Position numbers and translations under genes: made by a program. A stretch of DNA of 64,000 nucleotides, taken from the NCBI GenBank assembly GCA_023247795.1, contig JAHFFT010000009.1, forward strand, positions 578-64,577. Direction: 5' to 3'. Below the pieces are notes generated by a model. That model ran no database searches and had not been told where the DNA came from. It saw only the letters and a program-made list of their open reading frames with translations. Below, piece by piece: positions 1 through 8,900 of this stretch. The DNA comes from Candidatus Omnitrophota bacterium (GTDB lineage: Bacteria; Omnitrophota; Gorgyraeia; Zapsychrales; JANLHA01). Numbering within the stretch: the stretch's first letter is position 1; every line of letters starts with the position of its first letter.

Positions 1-1278
1 ATCTTAAAATGGATTCATGAAAACAAAAAAATCATTTTCAGAGATCTACAGTTTTCCAGGATTCCGGGCTCAAGCGAAATTCAAGAAAGGCATTTTGGGC
101 GATCCTAAAGCCAGAGTTGTTGAACTTGTCAGGCGTCAAAAAAAACGATTTGTTCAACCTGCGAAAAATCTTCCAGAAGTTATTATGATCAACGCGCCCA
201 CCGGGTCAGAGATCTCGCCAGTGGAGACATGCGGATTTATCTGGAGTTTGATTACCGTAGAGTTAACTGCAAACATTGCCAGGCCGTGAGACAAGAATTT
301 ATCCCCTGGTTATCCAACAGCAAGCGGGTCACCCAACGCTTTGCTCGTGAGATTGGCCGAATGTGTCGTGAGGTATCTGTAGCCCGAGTTGCCGCCATGC
401 ATAATCTCACCTGGGGGCAAGTCAGGCGACTGGAAATGATTTATATGAAAGAGCTTGTTGAAAAACATCCGCCATTAAAACGATTAAGGGTGATCGGCAT
501 TGATGAAGTCTCAATCAAGAAAGGTCATCGTTACGCCATTGTTGTGGCAGACATGGATCAACAACGTCCGATCTGGATGAGCACGACACTTGGTCGAGAC
601 AAGGAGCAGATGGACGAATTTTACAAAGAACTTGACGGAAAACAACGTAATAACATTAAGCTTGCCGTTATGGACATGTGGAAACCGTTTCGCAATTCCT
701 TGCGCGACCATGCTCCGCAGGCAGAAATCATTTATGATAAATTTCATGTTCTTGGACATCTTAATACCGCGATCGATCTGCTCAGACGACAAGAATATAA
801 ACGTGCAAGTGAAAAAGATCGAAAATTTATTAAAGGACAACGCTATACATTGCTGAGCAGAGAAGCCAACTTAAACTTGAAAGGCCGTGAATCACTGAAT
901 ATTCTTCTCAAAGCAAACAAACGGTTGAACAAAGCGTATATCCTGAAAGAATCCTTTGCCCAGCTTTGGGATTATGATGACCCAGTGAAAGCCCGTCAGT
1001 TTTTTGATAACTGGAAATCCCAATTACGCTGGAGCCGATTAAAGCCGTATCATGATTTTGTTGATCTGATCGAGCGTCATTGGCACGGTGTTGTCAGTTA
1101 CTGCCATCCTGATCACAAAGTCTCGCTAGGATTCATGGAAGGTCTTATTAACAAGATCCGTGTTATTCAAAGACGCTCTTTTGGAATTCAAAACCTTGGG
1201 TACTTAAAACTCAAGATCATTACATCATTTATCAAAGATCAGCCCCTGTGATTTACCCACAGGAAACGTTGTAGACCC
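1..1278 (+). mobile_element. ISL3-family insertion sequence (left end lies upstream of the window)
   Basis: ISL3-type transposase, followed just after the stop codon by an ISL3-like right terminus ...CCCACAGGAAACGTTGTAGACCC (ends 1278) and an AT-rich target sequence. Confidence 0.85.
17..1251 (+). CDS. ISL3-family transposase, -1 frameshift at A8 tract 138-145 (joined product ~411 aa)
   Basis: Frame A (MKTKK...RRQKK) joins frame B (TICSTC...RVRDL...RRVNCKHC, zinc finger). DDE motifs IGIDE, VMDMW and MEGLINKI, plus YDKFHV. Confidence 0.9.
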
Positions 1279-1280
1279 AT

Positions 1281-1457
1281 TTTTCTAACTTGTATGGTTT
1301 GCTTTGGGAAAAAATATTAACAAAATTTGAAGGAAAAGATGTAAAAATCGAAGGCACGTTAGTTACTTTAAGACCTAAGCCCACAAATAATAATGAGGTT
1401 GGGGCTTGGGAATGCCGAAGCTTATTTATTGACTCCATATCTTTAAATAGAAAATAA
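1281..1457 (+). pseudogene. 3' remnant of a gene interrupted by the ISL3 element
   Basis: Start-less open frame FSNLYGLLWEKILTKFEGKDVKIEGTLVTLRPK...SLNRK* begins right at the IS end. Confidence 0.55.
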
Positions 1458-1488
1458 TTGAGCCCCCTAAAGTAGCAATAAGGACAGA

Positions 1489-1815
1489 ATGGTTATAAAA
1501 AATATTAATTCAGAAAAATTGCATGATATCGTTATTTTTCAACCTAAAGGCACCAAAATTGCTTTAGAGGTAAAATTAAAAGACGAAACTGTTTGGCCAA
1601 CCCAGGGCCAAATGTCTGAACTGTTTCTCACAGAGCGCAGTGTTATCACGAAACATATTCATAATATATTTGAAACAAAGGAATTAGGACAAAAAAGCAA
1701 TGTGCAAAAAATGCACATTCCTAATTCGGATAAACCTGTAAATCTTTGGAGTGGCCCGAATCTTTTATTAACAAGACTTAACCAAAGAGAATACGATGAG
1801 CAAAAACATTATTAA
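1489..1815 (+). pseudogene. RhuM/Fic-associated DNA-binding protein, N-terminal fragment
   Basis: LEVKLKDETVWPTQGQMSELF...VITKHIHNIF...EL...NVQKMHIPNSDKPV matches the RhuM N-terminus. The usual downstream YNLDxIISVGYRV block is absent. Confidence 0.75.
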
Positions 1816-2176
1816 AACAGACAAAGCGTGTTTGCCGGTGGGACCATACAATCAGGCTGTATCAATCGGAAATCTGGTGTATACCGCCGGGCAAATCCCA
1901 TTGGACAAGCAGGGCAACATGGTGCCTGGAGGCATCAAAGAACAAACGGAACAGGTGATTGCGAATCTCAAAGCAGTGCTTGAGGCCGCCGGCTCATCAC
2001 TGGAGAAAGCGGTCAAGGCCACGGTATTTTTAAAAGACCTCAATGATTTTGTTGGGATGAATGAAGTTTACGCCAAATATTTCAGTGCCGCCACAGCGCC
2101 AGCACGTACAACAATCCAAGTGGCCCGCATCCCTAAAGATTCCCTCGTTGAAATCGAGATCGTAGCAGGTATTTAA
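1796..2176 (+). CDS. ridA: RidA/YjgF/UK114 enamine/imine deaminase
   Basis: VGPYNQA, AGQIPLD, MNEVYAKYF, PARTTIQV, VEIEIVA motifs. Confidence 0.93.
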   Translation: MSKNIIKTDKACLPVGPYNQAVSIGNLVYTAGQIPLDKQGNMVPGGIKEQTEQVIANLKAVLEAAGSSLEKAVKATVFLKDLNDFVGMNEVYAKYFSAATAPARTTIQVARIPKDSLVEIEIVAGI

Positions 2177-2220
2177 AATAAACCAAAGCAGCCGTCCATT
2201 AGTGCTTGATAAATTTATAA

Positions 2221-2382
2221 AGAACTTTGGGACGAAATAAAGTTGCGTTATTTAATCGCTTACGTCGTAGAAGGCATCATTTCATTTATGATTCTGAAAA
2301 TCATGTGGATATTGAAGAAGCTCGATCCGCTTTAGAAACAGCAAAAAAATTGATTGGTAAGACCAGATATCACTGGCTGTGA
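2221..2382 (+). pseudogene. HEPN-domain C-terminal remnant (not in ORF track)
   Basis: Frame reads ...FNRLRRRRHHFIYDSENHVDIEEARSALETAKKLI..., a HEPN R-x4-Y motif followed by the terminal helix. No start codon; in-frame TAA immediately upstream. Confidence 0.65.
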
Positions 2383-2397
2383 AGCCAGTGATATCTG
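2364..2397. repeat. Perfect 15-bp hairpin with GTGA (GNRA) loop
   Basis: CAGATATCACTGGCT-GTGA-AGCCAGTGATATCTG; no U-tract. Confidence 0.85.
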
Positions 2398-2509
2398 ATT
2401 ACCTAACAAACAGATGATTTCCTATAAATGTTGGTTAACCGCTTTAAGTACAGACTTGACAAAGGTTACCCAACAAGTTATATTTTAACGTATCTTGTTA
2501 GGTAACCTT
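2397..2509 (+). promoter_or_regulatory. Sigma70-type promoter with two 44-bp palindromic operators
   Basis: TTGACA(2456-2461)-17 bp-TATATT(2479-2484). Inverted repeat AAGGTTACCCAACAAG(2462-2477)/CTTGTTAGGTAACCTT(2494-2509), 15/16 match; degenerate copy at 2397-2440. Confidence 0.75.
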
Positions 2510-2524
2510 AACCTGGGGAAGAAT

Positions 2525-2845
2525 ATGAACGGTGTCATAAAAGGGGTCCTAACCGAAGAGTTGAACAACTCCCTGAGAATGAAAAAGGAATATGAGGCCG
2601 CTTTAAAAAAGTTGCCAGCAGGGTGCATCGTTAAGAAAAAAATTAAAAATAATGAGTACTGTTATCTTGTCAAAAGAATGGGGGATAAACTCAAACATAT
2701 CTACAAAGGAAAATTGCCGGATGATGAGCTTAAAAAATATGAAGAAGCCAAAAAACTGAGAGCCAAATACCGGAACCTGTTGTCCCAATTAAAAAAGCAG
2801 ATTAAATTCCTCAAAGGGGCTTTGCGTGGAAAAGAAGCAATATGA
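2525..2845 (+). CDS. Small basic protein, putative antitoxin/DNA-binding partner of the downstream nucleotidyltransferase
   Basis: ATG 2525 after GGGGA RBS; Lys-rich LPAGCIVKKKIKNNEYCYLVKR...HIYKGK beta segment between helices; overlaps the next gene. Confidence 0.7.
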   Translation: MNGVIKGVLTEELNNSLRMKKEYEAALKKLPAGCIVKKKIKNNEYCYLVKRMGDKLKHIYKGKLPDDELKKYEEAKKLRAKYRNLLSQLKKQIKFLKGALRGKEAI

Positions 2846-3359
2846 TCTTTGTCTGGAAGTCCTGCGGCGTTTTCACGAACACAAGTTATTATCCGAATTT
2901 ATCCTGATCGGTAGCTGGTGTATTGTCTTTTACGAAAAATATTTCTCTAGCCCGGATTACATCCGCCACATTTCGCTCATCACCCGTGACATTGACTTTC
3001 TGATAGACAGACCTCAGTGCGTCAAAGCAGAAGTGGACATTCCTGAATTGCTTAAAGACCTTGGTTTTATCGCCACTTTTATAGGACCGGAAGGATACAT
3101 GAAACTGGATCATCCCCGGTTGATCCTTGAATTCCTGACCCCCGAAAGAGGACGAGGAAGAGATGCTCCTCATCCTTTACCATCACTTCATGTCAACGCG
3201 ACAGCTTTAAGATTTCTTAATTTTTTATCTGAGAACACAATCAAGGTAAAGGTCAAAAATTTTACAATACAGTTGCCTCATCCAGCCAATTGCTATAAGG
3301 TAAAACATATGTTTTCTAGAAAAGCCGATGAACGTATACGACATTTTGGGGTATTTTGA
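2826..3359 (+). pseudogene. GSU2403-like/AbiEii-like nucleotidyltransferase, probably C-terminally truncated
   Basis: LIGSWC and TRDIDFLI (GS + DxD), LEFLTPERGRG. The sequence loses family resemblance after LPHPAN. Confidence 0.7.
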
Positions 3360-3404
3360 ACCGTAGGTTAGGCAAAACACACACGCTAAAATTCTTATAA
3401 TCAT

Positions 3405-4742
3405 ATGATTAACAATGAGATAACAAAAAAGAAGGTTTTTGTCGAGACCTACGGCTGCCAGATGAATGAGTATGACTCTGAACTGGTGAAGGCGATTCTT
3501 GAAAAGAAAGAATATGCCTTTGTCAAAGACGAGAGGGAAGCTGATGTGGTCATGCTTAACACCTGCGCCATTAGGGAAAATGCTCATCGCAAAATTTATG
3601 GCCGTGTTCATCAAATCCGCCACGAACGTAGCGGCAAACCAGTCATGATCGGTCTTTTGGGATGCATGGCCACGAATCTGCGCCAAAATCTTTTAAACGA
3701 TCGACAATTAAAAATCGACTTTATCGCCGGGCCTGACAGTTACAAGCGCCTACCAGATCTCATTTCCCATGCTCAGGAAACGGGTGAAAAGACCTTTGAT
3801 CTGACACTGTCGGAATTTGAAACTTACTCTGATATTTTTCCCAAAAGGGAAGGAATGATCAACGCCTGGATCGCGGTCATGCGAGGGTGTAATAATTTCT
3901 GTACGTTTTGTGTTGTGCCATATACACGAGGAAGAGAACGCAGTCGAACCGTTGCCAACGTCGTTGCGGAATCTCAGCAGATCGCCAATCAAGGGGCCAA
4001 ACAGATCACGTTGCTAGGCCAAAACGTCAATTCTTATCACTGCGATGGGCAGGATTTTGCCGATCTTATCAACGCTGTTAGTGAAATCGAGGGGATCGAG
4101 AGGATCCGTTTCACGTCCCCGCACCCCAAAGATTTTCCAGAAAAGTTGTTAAAGACCATCGCCCAAAACAAAAAGGTCTGCAAACACATTCACCTGCCGT
4201 TGCAGGCGGGCAGCAACCGGATTTTGGATTTGATGAATCGCACCTATACCCGTGAAGAATTTCTCGACTTAGTTAACAAAATCAGAGATCTCATTTCTAA
4301 TGTGGCACTCACAACCGATATCATCATCGGTTTCCCAACCGAGACCGATGCTGAATTTGACGAAACAGTTGATATGATGGAAAAAGTGCGCTTCGATTCG
4401 GCATTCATTTTCAAATATTCTGAACGGGAAGGGACCATCGCCCAACGCAAATACCCTGATGATATCCATGATGCCATCAAGACCGAACGCATCGTCAAAC
4501 TCAACGAAATACAAAAGGGAATTGCCCATCAAAAAAACCTCGCTCATATCGGCGAGACGCTTGAGCTTTTAATGGAAAGAGACGCGACAGCTGATGATCC
4601 TTTCTCAAAAGGCCGCACTGATAGCAATAAGCTAGTCCACGTTCAAGGAAGTTTCCCGGTCGGATCATTCGTCAAGGCCACGATCACCGCAGCTTCACCC
4701 CAAAATCTCCGAGGGGCCGCCCTGAATAAACTCTTGATTTAG
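3405..4742 (+). CDS. miaB: tRNA-2-methylthio-N6-dimethylallyladenosine synthase
   Basis: TYGCQMNEYDSE, NTCAIRE, radical SAM CNNFCTFC, RIRFTSPHP, C-terminal TRAM domain. Confidence 0.96.
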   Translation: MINNEITKKKVFVETYGCQMNEYDSELVKAILEKKEYAFVKDEREADVVMLNTCAIRENAHRKIYGRVHQIRHERSGKPVMIGLLGCMATNLRQNLLNDRQLKIDFIAGPDSYKRLPDLISHAQETGEKTFDLTLSEFETYSDIFPKREGMINAWIAVMRGCNNFCTFCVVPYTRGRERSRTVANVVAESQQIANQGAKQITLLGQNVNSYHCDGQDFADLINAVSEIEGIERIRFTSPHPKDFPEKLLKTIAQNKKVCKHIHLPLQAGSNRILDLMNRTYTREEFLDLVNKIRDLISNVALTTDIIIGFPTETDAEFDETVDMMEKVRFDSAFIFKYSEREGTIAQRKYPDDIHDAIKTERIVKLNEIQKGIAHQKNLAHIGETLELLMERDATADDPFSKGRTDSNKLVHVQGSFPVGSFVKATITAASPQNLRGAALNKLLI

Positions 4743-4783
4743 CGAGAAAATTACGTTATATTCACCGAAAAGGATAGATCTAA

Positions 4784-5815
4784 ATGCTAACCACAGAACA
4801 CCTTACCGCCGAGCAACTCTATGCGACTTTGAAAAATATCAAAGTCGGAGGGACGGTCTGTCATTATTCACTCAAAAAATGTGCAGAATTTGTCCCCATC
4901 ATCAATGAAATCAATGAGTTGAAGCAGGAACAAAACGCGGTCATCTTAGCGCATTCATATGTCTCACCGGAGATCGTCTATGGGGTCGCGGATTTTGTTG
5001 GTGATTCTTATCAATTGAGCAAAGACGCCATGAGCACTGACGCGCAAAAAATCATCTTTGCCGCTGTCCGTTTTATGGGGGAGACTGCTCAAATCTTGAA
5101 TCCGGAAAAAGAAGTCTTGATTCCCGGACTGCTCGACGGCTGCACGCTGGCCGATTCGATCAATTCCGAGGAAGTAAAGAAATTAAGAGCACAGTTTCCG
5201 AACCATACTTTTGTCTGTTACATCAATACCACCGCCGAAGTCAAGGCCGAGTGTGATGTCTGTGTCACATCCGCCAACGTTTATGATATCGTACAAAAAA
5301 TCCCGAGTGACAAAATTTATTTTCTACCCGACAAATTGATGGGGAAAAACCTTGTTGAAGAAATGAAACGCCGGTCGGTGAAAAAGGACATCCAATACCA
5401 TCAAGGCACCTGTTATGTGCACGAAGAATACGAACCTTCGCAGATATACGAAATCCGCATGGAGCACCCGCAGGTAAAAGTGGTCAGCCACCCGGAATGC
5501 CGGCCAGAGGTCTGCGAGGCCAGCGATTTTGTTGGCAGCACTTCGCAAATGCTTGACTATATGCTTAAAACCGATGCTAAAGATTTTCTCATGTTGACCG
5601 AATGCGGCCTATCAGCACGCCTGCAGGTAGAGTTCCCAGATAAAAGGTTAGTCGGCTCCTGCACCTTGTGCCGCTACATGAAATCCAATTCTTTGATTGA
5701 TATCCTGCGGGTCCTTAAAGACCCTTCTGACCGCGACCGCGTTTTCCTTTCCGAAGAGACTCGCCTCAAAGCACACAAGTGCATCGAGGCGATGTTTCAC
5801 TACACACAGGGCTAA
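4784..5815 (+). CDS. nadA: Quinolinate synthase
   Basis: ILAHSY, GDSYQL, FMGETA, YINT, HPEC, GSTS and three cluster Cys. Confidence 0.95.
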   Translation: MLTTEHLTAEQLYATLKNIKVGGTVCHYSLKKCAEFVPIINEINELKQEQNAVILAHSYVSPEIVYGVADFVGDSYQLSKDAMSTDAQKIIFAAVRFMGETAQILNPEKEVLIPGLLDGCTLADSINSEEVKKLRAQFPNHTFVCYINTTAEVKAECDVCVTSANVYDIVQKIPSDKIYFLPDKLMGKNLVEEMKRRSVKKDIQYHQGTCYVHEEYEPSQIYEIRMEHPQVKVVSHPECRPEVCEASDFVGSTSQMLDYMLKTDAKDFLMLTECGLSARLQVEFPDKRLVGSCTLCRYMKSNSLIDILRVLKDPSDRDRVFLSEETRLKAHKCIEAMFHYTQG

Positions 5816-5947
5816 TTTAGCCTCTCATAAATACTCTAAATTCCTTACAAATAAACACTTACTCCATATTATACAAGGGTTTGTATTTGTCCTATCATGC
5901 ATGTTAAACTTTAATACACTTTACTAATACTAATAACGATTTCACTC

Positions 5948-8900
5948 ATGAACTTTTCTCGAAACAAATCCTATTTTTTATTTAAACCATTGGCGTACTT
6001 TGTCTTATGGTTTTTTCTTTTAAACAACCTCATGCCAATCCCCTTGGCTAACGCTCAGGAAATCTTTTCTCTGCCCAAACCAAACGTGATGCTGGGGCTA
6101 TCGAGTCCTTTTACTCCCGTTATTCTTAAAGGACTTAAGGTCAACACCCATAACCCTTTCGAATTTGACTTCATCATTGACTCGGGCAGCAATAAACTAC
6201 AAGTTAACGCGGTCGGGGATCAAAACGAACATATCCAACAACAACTCAAACCGGAATCAGAGAAACTCATCAAATATTTTTTGGCGTCCTTAACCATCCC
6301 CGAGGATGACCTTTGGGTCAACTTATCGGTGTATGAAAGTGGTAAAATCGTGCCTGCTCAATTAGGCCAAACTGAAATGGGTCGCGATTTGTTGGCCCAA
6401 GATTATCTGCTCAAACAACTGAGTTCATCTTTGCTATACCCAGAAAATGAAATTGGAAAAAAATTCTGGGAACGCGTTTATCAAAAAGTTTATGAAAAAT
6501 TCGGGCGCACCGATGTGCCCATCAATACGTTTAATAAAATTTGGATCGTTCCAGAGAAAGCCGTTGTGTACGAAAATGGCGCAAACGCCTTTGTTGTTGA
6601 AAGCTCGCTGAAAGTTATGCTTGAGGAAGATTATCTGGCAAAGCAAGAAGAAGGAAAGAGCAACCCGATCGCAAAAATTCAACAAGACGATACTTCAACC
6701 CTTTCATCGCAAATTGTTCGTGACGTCATGATCCCAGCGATTGAGCAGGAAGTTAATGAAGGAGCGTTATTTTCTCAACTGAGACAAATCTACAGCGCGC
6801 TCATCCTGGCGACCTGGTACAAAAAGGCCTTAAAAGAAAGTTTGATCAGCCAAATTTACGTTGACCAGAAAAAAGTAAAAGGAGTTGAAACAAACGACCC
6901 CGGCGTCATTAACAAAATCTACGATCAATACGTGCAGGCCTTCAAAGAAGGCGTCTACAATTTCATCAAAGAGGATTACGACCCCTATACTAAAGAAAAT
7001 ATCCCTAGAAAATATTTTTCCGGTGGTTTAACGCTCAAATTAAAAGATAAAGAACAGTACGTAACAACATTAGGCCATCAAAACAGCACTGACTTATTTA
7101 GCGTTCATGCCGGAACAAACGGCCTTGCTCCTTCAGGGGTTATTCCACTGAGTAATGATATTATTAGAGAAATGAAGTTAAAGCCTCTTGATGGTTCATT
7201 GGAATTGAACTCACAAAATTTCGGCTTAAATATAACTCCTAAAACAAACGATGTCTTCATGTTTACAAGTACCAAAAATGATGAAATAACCGAACTCGAA
7301 AACCATTGCCGCGAGTTTGTTGATCAGAATCTAGATCGAGTCCTAAAAAAATTTCATGTCCCAGGCAAATTGCAAACAAGAAGCAAAGTTCTTCTGATTC
7401 AAGAGATGGTCGATATTAAAATGACGGATGATCCTGACTTATCAGATGAATTGATTCTTGAGTATGTCATTGTTGAATTTGTTGAAAAGGACGTTGACTT
7501 TTTAAAAAATACTCGTGTACCTGATGATACGGAAATAAAAATCACAAATAAAGCACTAAAAATGTTGGAAGCAATTAACGAAAAATGGAAATTGCCTGAT
7601 GCTCCGACCGTCTCTATTGTTATGAGTTCCAATTTTAAGGATAAAGTCAATGGTAGGTATGTGGATCTTTTTCATACAATGGTGATTAAAGAAGATTTAT
7701 CAGAGGATGAAATGTTGGAGACCATCTTACATGAATGGCTGCATCATTTTTTTGAAGGCTTTGAAGCAAAATGGCTGGATGAAGGAACAATCGAATACCT
7801 TACGATTAAACTCTTAATTGAAAATAATGCCCTGCCGCAACAACCCAAGCAAATGCCGGAATGGTCGGATAAAATTGAAAAAATGGTTTTTGGCAAATTA
7901 TTTGAATTAGGCAAGATTGGTCCGGTGAGTCAATATATTGTCAGCCATTATTTGAACCAAGGAACCGTTTCTTATCCAATTTACACAATCATTGTAGAGT
8001 ATCTCGTGGAGCAGATACTCCCAAAATTGAATATGGACTTACCATCTTTCCTTTCTGATTTCAAATTTGGGAGAAAGACAAAAATATTTGAGCAGCTGAC
8101 AAGTAATTCAAGAAATAGTTTGTTTGAACTTATTGAGCAAGCTCAAAATAGTAAAAATTTTTATGATTGGCCAGAAAACATTCTTATTAGCACTGAGCAG
8201 AGAGCCCAAATGGAACAAATAATTGCGTCCATAGTGAAAACTCATCCTTGGGCTCTTAAAGCCCCGCATGTTGTTAAACATGTAACAGACGTATTGAATT
8301 TATTACTATTAACTCATCAAACAGTTATGTCTAGTGATGGAGTTTTACAAATTACTAGGGAACACTTCCAGAATTTGCTTGAGCTTCAAGAAAGAATGCG
8401 TGCCGCAAACCAAGCAGGGGATAAACAAACAAGGGCACAATTAGAAAACGAGTTGGCTCGGATGGAAAACGATTTTGATGATAAGTTAAATGAAATTGGG
8501 AGAGCTCCTATTGATTTATTAATGCTAGGGAAAGATGGTGAACCAGCGTCTGCCATGGAAAACCAGGGAGTCTCAGAAGAACCTTCTGATCAATTTAAAT
8601 CCAAACTCAAACATACAATTAGAAATCTTGACCCTGAAACCAAAATTTTCGAAACGGGAATGACAATCGGAGGCCTTAAGACCATATTCGGTATAGAAGA
8701 CGACCTGGAAATGGCTCATGTTGATGATTTTCGAATAAAAAATTTAAATCCAAAATACATTGATCTCGTCTCGTATCTTGGCGCCAAAGAGTTCAATAAT
8801 TCTTTGGAATCCATTCTAAAAATTATTTATATTTTAGAAAATTACCCTCATATTCTGTTAGAAGTAGGCGGGGGAACAACCAAAGTTGCCCATGCCCTAG

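Noticed and set aside
1253-1438. 61-aa minus-strand ORF
   Set aside because: It crosses the IS end; the plus-strand remnant is the more protein-like reading.
2401-2503. ACCTAAC...GTTAGGT resembling integron attC R''/R' boxes
   Set aside because: No convincing L boxes or extrahelical bases, no integrase and no second attC. The boxes are explained by the palindromic operators.
5837-5861. Second copy of the 25-bp dyad upstream of the large protein
   Set aside because: Symmetry is too weak for such AT-rich DNA.
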